Positions 48,632-60,982 of a stretch of 64,000 nt of DNA are shown here, piece by piece (within the stretch, counting starts at the first letter, position 1; each line of letters begins with the position of its first letter). A model generated the notes under the pieces. That model ran no database searches and had not been told where the DNA came from. It was given only the letters and a program-made list of their open reading frames with translations. A program made the position numbers and the translations under genes. The DNA comes from Utricularia gibba (taxonomy: Eukaryota > Plantae > Magnoliophyta), in assembly GCA_002189035.1 (NCBI GenBank), contig NEEC01000004.1, forward strand, positions 1,922,001 through 1,986,000, in the 5' to 3' direction.

Positions 48632-51600
48632 ATGTGGAAGCTGAAGATAGCGGAAGGGAAAGATTCGCCTTATCTATACAGCACAAACGGGTTCGTCGGA
48701 AGACAGATCTGGGAGTTCGATCCTGACGGCGGCACGCAGGAGGAACGGGAAGCTTTTGAGGATGCTCGCCGGAAGTTTCAAGAGAATATGAAGCATGGGT
48801 TTCATTCCTGCGGCGATATGTTCACGAGAATCCAGGTGCTTGATTGGAAGGAGAGGCTACTTGGTGAATTTGGGATCCGGTAATTTGGTTACCAATTGCG
48901 TTTCCACGTTTGCAGCTGAAGAAGGAGAGCGGGATTGATCTACTGAGCTTGCCGCCTGCGAGAGTCGGAGAAAACGAGGACGTCAGCTACGAAACGGCGA
49001 CGGTGGCCGTGAGGAAAGCATTGCGTCTTAATCGCGCTATTCAGGCGGTGGACGGTCATTGACCGGCAGAGAACACCGGCCCAATGTTCTTCACACCACC
49101 CCTGGTACGTGGGAGCCTCAACGATAGATATCCTTCTCCTTTCATTTTTTTTTTAAAGAAACCTTATTATTCTTTAATTCCAAAGAAAAAAAATTATATT
49201 TTTTTGTTTTATTGTGATCATGATATTTTCTGGATACAGATAATTGCACTGTACATAGGTGGAGCCATTAATACAACTTTAACCTCCGAACACATAAAGG
49301 AGATGGTCCGTTACATCCTCGATCATCGGGTACTTTTTTCTAATTTAAGTTCTGATTAATTGTCTACTAAACCTAATTAACTTTTCAAATTATGTAACAC
49401 AATTGTTACTATGACATGACAGAACGCGGATGGAGGATGGGGATTTTATATAGAGGGGCATAGCACCATGATCGGATCAGTCCTGAGTTATGTCTCACTA
49501 AGGTTACTAGGGTTGGGCCCGGACGATGCGGACTGTGCCGTCGCCAAGGGCCGGAAATGGATCCTCGACCACGGTGGAGCCACCGGGATTCCTTCTTGGG
49601 GAAAAGCGTACCTTTCGGTAATTTCATTCCGTTTGTAGGTGATTGCTTGTACATTTCATGGGTTGCTAAAAGTTATGTTTGATCAGGTACTTGGAGTTTA
49701 TGACTGGGATGGGTGCAACCCTCTTCCACCAGAGTTCTGGCTGTTCCCTTCAGTTCTTCCTTATCATCCGGGTATGATTCTTCTACAGGGAAGACTACAA
49801 GGAAGCTTTGTTTGCCTGATCCCATTCTAATCAGTATTTTGAATACAAAAATGCAGCAAAAATGTGGTGCTATTGTCGTATAACATACATGCCAATGTCG
49901 TATTTGTATGGAAGGAAGTTCCATGGTCCTTTGACGGACCTGGTCATGTCCCTCAGACAAGAGATCCATGTGAGGCCGTACCATCAGATCGATTGGAACA
50001 AGGCTCGCCATGATTGCTGCAAGGAGGACTTGTACTTCCCCCACACCTTCGTACAGGACTTGCTTTGGGATGTTCTTAACTATTGCTCTGAGCCCTTCAT
50101 GAGGCGATGGCCGCTGAATAAGATCCGGCAGAAGGCTCTTGACAAGACGATCAAGCACATGCGGTATGGCGCAGAGGAAAGCCGATACATGAGCATTGGA
50201 TGTGTGGAAAAGGTACGTATGTACATGTTGTTTTCAAGATTACAGCAATATGGTTTCTCTTTGAGGCAGATCACATGAGAGTTTGTTGCAAATTTTTATG
50301 TGTTGCAGTGTCTAGAGATGATGTGTTGGTTTGCTCATGATCCAAACTGCGAGGAGTGGAAGTACCACATTGCAAGAGTTCCTGATTATCTGTGGCTAGC
50401 AGAGGATGGCATGAAGATGCATGTGTGTTTCACTGATTTTACATCTCCATCAACTTCCATTTCCCTTTCAGTTCTCTCTAATGGGAAATTTACGTGTTTG
50501 AATGAAGAGCTTCGGAAGTCAAATATGGGACTGCGCACTTGCAACTCAAGCAATACTCGCTAGTGGGATGACAGAGGAGTATGGTGACTCTCTAAAGAAA
50601 GCGCATTTCCACATAAAAGAATCCCAAGTATGAACTTCAATTTGCTTTTTCATTTCACTGTAGCGTTTATGAAGGGTGGTTTGATCCTTGGTTGTAATGC
50701 AGATAAAAGAAAATCCGAAGGGAGATTTTGAAAGCATGTACCGGCATTTCACAAAGGGAGCTTGGGCGTTTTCCGATCAGGATCATGGATGGGTTGTATC
50801 TGACTGCACAGCTGAATCACTCAAGGTACTAAACTTTACAACCCTCAATCTCTTCCGAATTTAGAAATGCAATTGGCAGAGTCCTCTTTCCGTATAACAC
50901 TCAGTTAGTTGCGCTCTATCTGCAATTCCAGTGTCTGCTTCTGCTATCCCAAATGCCAGAGGAAATTGCAGGGGAAAAGGCAAAAGTAGAGCGTCTCTTT
51001 GAAGCTGTAAACGTACTGCTCTACTTGCAAGTAAGCATGGCTGATATACACACAAGGATTTCTTTAATACCGATGGGTTTGCAACTAATCGAAAACTCCG
51101 ACGATCATCCAGAGTCCTCTGAGTGGCGGATTTGCGCTATGGGAGCCTGCAATTCCACAGCCTTACTTGCAGGTAAACAATCATCACGCCAAGATATCAG
51201 AGCCCACGTACTCTGCATCCAATATGCTCATCTCAATGTTTTGATCATTCCTCAGGTGTTGAATCCATCCGAGCTCTTTGCTGACGTAGTTGTTGAGCAA
51301 GAGTAAGATTTCAACTACGTTTTTGGTGGTTCAACAAGAAAGATAAATAACCCACTTTTGTGTATGCAGGCATGTAGAACCCACTTCATCCATCATCCAA
51401 GCACTGGTATACTTCAAGCGCCAGCATCCTGGACACCGTGAGAAGGAGATTGCGCTCTCCATTGCAAAAGCAGTACACTTTCTAGAGGAAAAGCAATGGC
51501 CTGATGGCTCATGGTGAGCTGTCAACATACTGTGATCCACTCCACCCATACATACAACAAACAACTCAAAACTGGTTGCGTTGCAGGTACGGCTACTGGG

Positions 51601-52356
51601 GAATCTGCTTCATCTACGGCACACTCTTCGTGCTTGCAGGACTGGCTTCGGTGGGAAAGACGTACGAGAACAGCGATGCCGTCCGAAAAGCCGCCAACTT
51701 CTTCTTGTCCATACAAAACGAAGAAGGTGGATGGGGAGAATCCCTCGAGTCCTGTCCCTCTATGGTACCCATTATACATACTTATTCATTACAATGGGAT
51801 GATTGGCGGCCAGATTGCGTTCTTACAAGCTTTCCATTGTTGCAGAAATACACTCCTCTAGAAGGAAATCGGACCAACTTGGTCCAAACATCCTGGGCCA
51901 TGCTCGGACTTATGCTTACCGGGCAGGTTCGTTATACGGCACCTAAAATAAATGTGAAATCTTTTAACTTTGAATGATCCGATCCACTCATTTCCAGCAA
52001 TCTCATCTTTAATGCATATACGATATATTGTCCCATTTCTTACAAACGGAATCTGTGCTTCCCTTTTAGATGGAAAGAGACCCAAAGCCACTGCACAGAG
52101 CAGCCAAGTTGCTGATCAATGCGCAAATGGAGGATGGCGATTTCCCTCAGCGGGTGAAGCTTAAAACACACATCTTTTCAGAAACAAAAAAACCAAATTT
52201 ATGCGTTTCTTTTTACATCATATGATATGCTTTCGCAGGAAATCACGGGAGTGTACATGAAGAACTGCATGCTCCATTTCGCTCTACACCGGAGCATTTT
52301 CCCATTGTGGGCGTTGGAGGGAATACAGGAGGCGAGCATGGCCAGCCCAGATCTAG
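48632..52356 (+). pseudogene. OSC: Oxidosqualene cyclase copy 3, pseudogene (W117*, +1 frameshift in exon 17)
   Basis: Exons 48632-48835, 48916-49104, 49240-49329, 49423-49617, 49687-49771, 49857-50212, 50309-50422, 50508-50627, 50703-50825, 50932-51030, 51113-51172, 51256-51302, 51370-51513, 51587-51764, 51846-51926, 52070-52153, 52239-52356. TGG>TGA at 49060-49062. Extra A at 52318 shifts the stop to 52377-52379. Confidence 0.92.
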
Positions 52357-52714
52357 AAACCCTCACACGAAAATGTTGATAATGGCCATCAAATGTGTTC
52401 AAGTGTTTTTATATATTTATTATACACCAAACATCGAAATCATATAAGCTGTTACCCGGCTGCTGAACTGAACAAACAATAAGATCTAATGGCATCAGAT
52501 AGTCAGTTTCTAACTGGCTTGTGGGCTGGGGCATGTCAGGTCACACCATCCAACTTGGTCAAAAGCAAACATGGTTTTTTTAGCACAGTATCATCAGACC
52601 CTTTTACAGGCATTAGTGAGTCACAACAAGAATCATCACAGAATGGGATCCCATCAAGTTATTTAAGGTATTTGCAATCTCTCCCTTAGCAAAAATGAAT
52701 AATTATGGAAGCTG

Positions 52715-52972
52715 GATGTAAATTGAATTCCCCAAAGGCATGAGAGCTGAGATCAGCAGCAAAGTGGGCAGATGTAAAATGGATTCGGATCATCCACAGC
52801 AGAGACACGTAAAAGGTGGCTGCTGGTAAGATATTTTTAGAGTTAAAGCTGGCCGTCAACAAATATCCATCGGCATATCCCACTCTTATGTTTCTAAGGA
52901 TCATGGAAAAAAAAAAGCAAGGCACTATATTATGTTTGTGAGGGTTTGGTTGTTAATTCATTTGTTTTAAGT
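52715..52972 (+). repeat. Non-coding block duplicated at 22535-22792
   Basis: Direct alignment, about 99% identical in the core. Confidence 0.9.
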
Positions 52973-54992
52973 GGTCTGACTTATTTATATCTTTGAATGG
53001 TTGTATATTGAAAATTATTCTTGTTTGATATATCTGTTCAATAATTATTCAAATACAAAGAAACAATCAAAATAATAATTAAATTTGTAACAAAAATAAA
53101 AAATAATATTTCTAAGGGTCCACCAAAGATATTAATGAACTCCTAAATTCAACATCCCTCCCATTTTGGGCTTCCCCAATACAGTGCATCCCTTTATGTG
53201 TATATAAATATTGAATTGTAGTTTCTTAAAATGTTATTTTAAATTAATATTACTCAATAACTATTATAACACTGTATTTATTCTGTGAAATTATAAAAAC
53301 AATAAATCATTATTTTAATTTTAATTTTTGTGAATTCTTATTTTCTCCACATTTGTACATAATCCTTACAACTTATACTCTCAAAGATGAGTTACACTAA
53401 ATGTATTTTGATAACGATTTTCAATTAAGCAATCCTTAGATGCTTCGTACCAAATACCAATTATGGATTCTATCACATATCCTTGGAGAAAGCTCAATGA
53501 TACAATATTATCAGGTGGGTTTAATAAATCTCATGATAGTAAATATTCTAATTTTTTAATTATCTATTATAGTTATTTACAGTAACATTATAAGTAAATT
53601 AATTATGAATTTTTATATCAAACATGTGATAAATAGTATTTCCTTAAATAGCATTATCTACAAAACACACTCATGTTCTTGAAATCATTCATCTTTATAT
53701 AAATTAATTTCATTCATATTATATATCGCATAAACTATAATATCTTACTAAACCAGTCATAAGTCACTTACGAGTTCACTAATCCATTTGTAATTTGTAA
53801 AATACTTACATGACTCATCTAAGTATGTCTTTGAAAACGTTTAGGCCATCTAAATTTCCTGAATCAAGCCATATTTGATTTCTTTTTCTTAATTTATTCT
53901 AAATATACCTATCAAACACAATATCATTTATAAAACTTATATATTAAATATATTTTTAAATTAATCATATTATATTTATTTATCAAAATACAAATAATTT
54001 AATTATTAATTAAATTACCTTATCGAATACACTTTTATATTTATTAGATGATGATAAAAAAAACTCAATCCTAACTAACTGATAAGCTATTTATTAATTT
54101 ATTATATACATAGCAACCTTTACCTTTTAGAAGACAATAAAAAACTTCTTTTTTTAGTGGCAAGAAAAGACAGTGAAAAAATTAATTATTAATTTGTAAA
54201 ATTTTTAAAGCTTATTTATATATTTTTTTAAAAAAATAAAAATAATTTTGTTGTAAAAAAATATCAATTGTAAAAATAATTCTACAAAAAAAATACTTTT
54301 GAAATTATATTACAAAAATTATTTTTGGAAAATTAATTAGTAATTTACTTTTACTTTTTATTTATATTTTTTAAAAATAATTTTGAAAAAATAAAAATAA
54401 ATTCCAAAAATTTTCTAAAATATTTCTTTATATTCAATGTTACATTTCTGCAGGTGACATCAGAAGCTCATATTTCCTGTCCATTACGGGTATTCCATAT
54501 CCACATATTAAAGTGTTACACGATGAATAAAAAAAAGGAAAATAACTTTTTTTTGAAACATACATTAAAAAGAAAAAATTCCACCGTAAACTTAAAGGGG
54601 GTTCGCCCACATTAAAAAAATGTAACCGTCAGCTTTATTTAATCATTGATAATTACTTTGACATTTATTACGTCATCAGGTTTTGTTGTTAATTTGGAAT
54701 ATTAGCTACGCAGATTTGATGACGAAGAGAGGAGGCAATCCTCAGGGTATATGGCATTTGATGGAGGTGAAGTGGATGATGTCTCGCAGTGCACGATGTG
54801 GGAAATCATCTGGAGTTGTCAAGAAAAGCAGAAAGGAGAAAAGCAAAAGGGATATTGATAGAGATTTATATTATCTACAATGGCGGAATAAAGAAGAAAA
54901 AAAGAATCTGATCTACGGCTGTGCCCGTCATCTACGGAATAATCAATGGAATTGAGATATACGGGGAGGGGCGCCTTGATTTTCCCTGTGGT

Positions 54993-56347
54993 CTACGTCG
55001 TCTGCTGCTTGTTCAGGTGCAGGAAGAGGGGGAGTAGGAGAGCAGAGGCTGCGCAAACGAAATTGGAATGTAGAGTGGGTATGACCTGATCGGAGAAATG
55101 CCACAGTGGGAAAATGTTAGGGGACAGGGTATTTCTGGATTCGCTTGATAATGAAATTGCATTCTAAAATTTGATTTTGAGGGTTACCTTAGTGGAGCCT
55201 GAGGTCATTGAAATGGTGGCGGATGAGGTCGCCGGAAGAGAGGAGACTCCGACATTATAAACTAGTGTGCCGTTGGGCCGGAAAAGTCCGTAATTGCGTT
55301 CGGAAGTCGGCCCTGGTTTCATGTTCTCGTTGAACAATGCGAATAGGTAGATTTCTAATTTGCTGCTGGGTCTCAATGGAGTTCCTTCATTCTCCGTTTG
55401 TCTTGCCATCAGATTCCGGCTGTAGACTGCCGCGTTTTCGAGGTTGGCACCGACCTCATCCTCGTCGCCTTTCGAAGGCCACCCTGTTTCTGTCACCATA
55501 ACTGGAATCCCCCTGAAGCCCATTTTCGCCATCGCGTATGTGACAGCATCAACCTGGGCGTACAGCATGTTGTCGTAGTGAAGATTTGTGTTTTCATCCA
55601 CCATCCCTGAATTCGGATTGAAAAGCACGTAATCCAGAGGGATTTTTTCTGGGTTGTCTTTGTAAGCAAAGTACGGATATGCGTTGATCCAAAAAGAGGC
55701 TCTTGTTGCGGACAAGAACCGCAGAATTTCAGGCATTATTCCGGCGAGTTCCTCCCGGAAACTCCCTGCCGACGGCGGATACGATTCCTGGAGAACCGCC
55801 AGTGAATTGGGAGTAGAAACTTCGATGTACTGATCCAATCCAAGCCTCGCCAAAGCGTTGTGAATGTTCACCATAGCCGGAACGAGATAACTCAGGAGCG
55901 CAGTATTTCCGCCGGTGAAAACCTCGTTGCCTACAGCGATTCCGGTTATCCGGGTGGCTGGGAAATACGGCCTGATGTTGGTGTACACCCATTTCATAGC
56001 CTGATTTGGGTCGGTTAAAGTCGGGAACACCTCGTTCTCTACAGTGACAATGATCTCGATGTTGGAGTTAGCAAATGCCGTGAGAGCTCGGCGATCGGTG
56101 TCGTAAATTCGAGTTTTCGTTATCCCTAACGACCTTAGGAGCCGAATAGCCTTCTCCGGCGGCGGCAAATTGTTACCCACTTGGCCGTAGTTAACACCCA
56201 GACATTCTAACAACAAAAAATGAAAGAATCATCAGCACGTCTCACAGACAAGAAGAATAACATAATTTGCAAGAACATACCTGAAAAGGGCAGGAAGATT
56301 CCGGAGAGAATATGTAGAACGAAAATCTTTGTAAGAAGATTCTCCAT
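54993..56347 (-). CDS. Glucan endo-1,3-beta-glucosidase (GH17), signal peptide, no X8 domain, probably GPI-anchored, ~392 aa
   Basis: Exons 56347-56281, 56206-55188 and 55085-54993. GVNYGQVGNNLP start, catalytic VGNEV and VTETGWPS motifs, Ser/Thr-rich linker, hydrophobic tail VIPTLHSNFVCAASALLLPLFLHL. The last exon is inferred from splice sites. Confidence 0.93.
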
Positions 56348-56477
56348 GGTGGAACGGAAAGAAAGCTGAATGGAAAAGAAACAGCGCCGAGGAAGGGATA
56401 TGTAGACACGAGAGAAGCAATAGCAAGAATTCTTTACTTTGCTTGTTAGTTGGTTGTTTTGAGATGGGTGCGAGGGA

Positions 56478-56631
56478 GGTTTTTATTGGTCTGCGAATTG
56501 TATTTCTGCCATCGTGGGACACGTCACCATTTTCTGCAACACAACGTCACCGAGGAGTAGACTGTGGGGGAGGATTTTGTAAGAGCTGACGGGGCTGATT
56601 CCCCTCCCTGTTCACTGACCCAGCGCTGACG
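56478..56631 (-). promoter_or_regulatory. GH17 proximal promoter: TATA-like AATAAAAA plus four TGACG motifs
   Basis: ACGTCA at 56521 and 56544, TGACG at 56587 and 56627. Motif match only. Confidence 0.35.
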
Positions 56632-56664
56632 CTGGAAGGCAACTCCGTAAGACCGGAGATGAGC

Positions 56665-56800
56665 CGGTCACCAACGACGGCCGTTTTTCGAATAAACTAA
56701 GCAATTTTCTTTTACCAAAACAAGAATAAGAATCCGGGAACCCTACCAAACTCCTCCTGCCTACAGGGGAATAGGTATCGGTCACCAACGACGGCCGTTT
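56665..56800 (+). repeat. Exact 22-bp direct repeat CGGTCACCAACGACGGCCGTTT
   Basis: Copies at 56665-56686 and 56779-56800. Confidence 0.9.
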
Positions 56801-59800
56801 GTCACATAAGTTTAATATATCTAGTTAACATGTTAATCTCAAATATATAATAAATATGAATTGTATTAAAAAAATTAGATTAAATTGATTATTAGTTATT
56901 TGTAATTTAGTATGTATTTGATTATTTAACTTTAATTTTTCGATGTGACATTAGTTGCTTTAATAAATAACAAATTGCTTAAAATGATTCAGCCTTTAGA
57001 CCCATGCGTTGAATTAGATTTAGAGGTACAAGATTCTTAAGAAAGCTGATGCACGAGGGGCGGTTATCTCAAGCCAAACATGTCAAAAAGCGGATGGATT
57101 TCATAGGCATAGGCAGGACATGTTGGCTTTAGAAACAAGTGCCTGTGGTTAGGTGCAATGAACACAACACAACAGAACAGAACAGAACAGAATGAATCCA
57201 GGATCATTTCAAGATTGAAGGCATGGAGACTCATTGATGGATCAATAAACAGTGTGCATGCATGCACATCTACTCACCCCCCACTTCTCTGATCATCCGT
57301 ACACAACACAGAGCACCCCCAAAAACCCAGCACACAGAGACTCTGTTGAATTCCATGTGGAGTCGGTGGGGGGATACCAAAACCAACACGTACAAGAAAA
57401 CCGCAGCACTTTAAAATCTCAATCAAAACAGTCGATCCTGCATCATCTTCATCCTTTATAAACCAAACACTGCTACTTCTTCCCATTTAAACTGGAACAA
57501 TTAGTCCTCGTTCGATGTCAGGGAGGGATGTGCTACGCTGCCTCTGGGGTTCCAACGGAGGAGTGTCTCCATTTCTGCCAAGGGCAATGCACTGGTGCCC
57601 GTTAATAGTATAAACCGAGGATCAGCGCTTGAGATTTCAAGAGATGGAATCCCCAAAGTTACCTTTGGCTGGCGCCCCCAGTCCCAGTCCGATTCCCATT
57701 TCCACGACGTTGCACTTTAGGGGCATCTGACGCGTCGATGAGGCACCGCTGATTGGGCAACCCTTTTACAAAGGAATAATTGCAGAAAAACAAACCACGT
57801 GGGGGCTGGAGAGCAAGGTGATGGCATGAAAACCCGGGTGTGGAAGGCTTCCTTGCTTTTTCTGGTTATTAACTGAAAAACGAACCCGGTTCAACCATTA
57901 CAAATAACTACAAATGAACCAACTGATTAGTAGTTTGGTGGCGGTTAGGTTTGATGAGTTTAATTCTCATCCCCGAATGCCTAATTGTTCGGTTTAAAAT
58001 AAAGTTCAGTTGTATGTATTATTTTAAAACCACAAGATTCGTTTGATAAAATATTTTAATTTATTCGATATTAAATAATATGTTATATATAAAATATTAT
58101 TTAAGAAAAAATTATTTATCACGTGTTAAAATAGAAAATATTATTATTATATTTACATATAATATTACAAAAAATATCCTTAAACAAGAATTTTTTTAAA
58201 TAATAAAGATTATATTGTATTTTAACATGATATAATTAATTAAACTCATAAAATCGATAAATTCGTATGTCATCATGAATATAAGCTTAAATAAAAACAT
58301 TGATTGAATATGTCATCCTTAATATTAAATACCATTGTTTACCAAACATATGATTGGTATATCTTTTTTTTTATTAATATAGTATTTTATCTGATACAAT
58401 TTTTTGGATTTGATCCTGCAAATTTATTTCAATAATTAAAACTAAATTCTAAAGATTGAAACTTAGATAAAAATTCTTGTTTTATATTTTATCTTTTACA
58501 ATAAATGTAAAAAAAGATTAATAAATTCGATTCTATATAGTATAAAAAAGATTCAATTCAAATTCTTAATTGAACCCATTTTTAAAACAACATTTCTTGT
58601 TTTGGCAATCAACCGTATTACCAGCTAATCATATATTAATTTAGTGCCTTTACTTTTGACGTCACGCGAGTATTAATAAATGTTGACGCTAATTATCACG
58701 TGCCTTAGAAATGGTTAGTTTTCAACGATGGCGTCTTTTTAAATTGATAATATGCGAAGAGCGTGAAATAAACGGAGAATTTTCAGAAAAAGGCGTTTGA
58801 TTTTTCATTGACGAAAATGAATAAAATAAACAGCAGGAGAAGTCAAGAGCGCCGGTTAAGGCTACGGTGGTCTAATTTTGACTTGAAAAGACTTAAAAAA
58901 ACAAAGAACTGAAAGCGTGAATACTGCCGTAGTTATCCTCATCGGGTGACCCTTTTCTTGGAGATAAATCTAAATAAACATATTTGTATTTGCAGTCTAA
59001 TAACTAAACAACTCCTGTATAGTATGATACAACAATCGTGATTGAATCGTTTTGAATCATAAATCGTGTATAATAATGATTTGATTAAATTTTAAAATAC
59101 AAAAAATAAATTATAATCTATCATGATTGAATCATAATTATATCGTGATCTAACTGTCTAAATTATTTTTACAAATAAAATTATATATTTTTTAAAATGA
59201 ATAGTATAATCATAGTTTTAACCATAATTAAATCATTCAAATCATAATCACCTTACCAATATAATGATTCACTCTCTATTTATACGATATTGTTCGCTTC
59301 ATGTATTGAATTTTGATGGTTTTATATTTTCATATTTTGAGAAAAAAATTTTTATATATAATTAAAATAATCCATTTCTTTTAATATGTCATTTTATCCG
59401 TTTCTAATTAATATGAGATATTGTCATCAAGCTTTTGGACTTACATTTTCACACAATCAATTCATGGTTTTTTTTTATAATTTAAAACATTGGTATAGTA
59501 TATTGGGAAGTCATCATCTTCAGTTCGAATGGATAATATTTCCATTTTGTGTTGATAAAATCAAAGATATTGGACCCTGAAAATGAATAGAAAAAGAGAG
59601 GTTCCGATTAAAAGGCAGCGGGCCAAAAAGGACGTGCATGGGCCCGTGAGTGAGTACGGGCCTCGGGGTACGTGGAGATACGTCCACCCCATCCTTCCCA
59701 TGCCACCAGAATCACGAATCTTCTCCATGGCTTTTTTACAAAATAATTTTGTTACCTGAAGGGGAGTGAAGAACAGCTGTTAGTAGCAACAGATGTTGTT

Positions 59801-60543
59801 AAGTAACTTACACAAAGTGGTAAGTTAAAAGGGGTTAAAAATTCTCTGCTGCCTCCCGGTGTTCATTCGTATAAGGTCGGAGGGGTGCACCGAAATACGG
59901 GTAAAAGGGAATGCCTTTGAAGGAGGCATGTGATGAGCGGAAAGAGATGGAGGGGCAAAGCAAGACTTTAGCCTTTTGGTGTGATTTGATGAGGAAGATG
60001 AGAGAAAGTAAAGGGCTTTCCCCAGAAAGCACAAAGGCATGAGGCAGCATTCAGGCGTCACTCCACTCGGGCTCCCTCTCTTTCTCCTTCATGCTACGTT
60101 TCATTTCTCATTTTCTGTATTTTTCCCTTTTGTTTCCTATTTTCCCAGCATTCTGATCCAACGCCATCCTCCGATCTCATAGCTTTCGTACTCGGAGGAG
60201 CGGAAGGGGAAGGGAAAGAGAAAAGGGTGTCCGTGTAACTCTTTTCTCACGCGTTTGAAGGGAGAAGATGATGGTGTAGGTTAGAATGATTAAGAACACA
60301 CAAAAGAATAAGGACAATAACAAGGAAATTAAGAGACCACAGTCTTGATAATTCAATTCTAAAGTTATTTAACCGAATTCGTAAAATTAGGAAAATATGG
60401 TCAATTCAACCATTGTCCAGTATTATGCAAAATTAGGAATTTGGTTGCAACAATCAATGACTAAGCCAAGTCTTTGGTTTAGTTATCCACTAATTAGATT
60501 ATTATAATTAAATATTAGATGCTTCCGTGGTATAATAGCCAAG

Positions 60544-60567
60544 GGTCCTGGTCCTGGTCCTGGTCCT
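60544..60567 (+). repeat. (GGTCCT)4 microsatellite
   Basis: Read directly. Confidence 0.9.
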
Positions 60568-60877
60568 GGTGGCGAACGCCGATAACCTAACTGATAAGGT
60601 GTCTTTTGAGAGGGGGAGGGACTCTGCAAATGCTTTAACCACAAAAGTTGGCTGCTTTCTATTTGGTGGAATTTCTAGGCACATTAAGTGTTTACTCTCT
60701 ACAATATTTTACCAATGTGTGACGGGGTACTACCTAGTGGTTAATTTGATTCTTCACAAGCTTAGTAGTTAGTGTTGCCAATATGCTGATATCGCAGTAG
60801 GATGCAATTCTCAATAAGAAAATATACCACTTGGGGAGTGTTTGGGAGTTAGCATAATCTAATATGGGAATAATTTA

Positions 60878-60982
60878 GTATGGAATATTCTTACAAGCAT
60901 AATTATCAAGAGGATCGTTATCCGGACCAGATTGCAAACAAAGTGATTTGAACACTTTTATGCTTGTAAGAATATTCCATAC
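60878..60982. repeat. Perfect 25-bp inverted repeat with a 55-nt spacer, probably within a decayed Tourist-like MITE
   Basis: GTATGGAATATTCTTACAAGCATAA / TTATGCTTGTAAGAATATTCCATAC. GGAGTGTTTGG lies just upstream and GAAACACC just downstream. Confidence 0.85.

Noticed and set aside
54794-54803. TCCCACATCG (plant snRNA USE) on the minus strand
   Set aside because: No TATA at the required spacing and no U-snRNA sequence downstream.
57515-57535. miR390-like string (TCAGGGAGGGATGTGC) suggesting MIR390 or TAS3
   Set aside because: Several mismatches and an indel, no hairpin partner and no tasiARF sequence.
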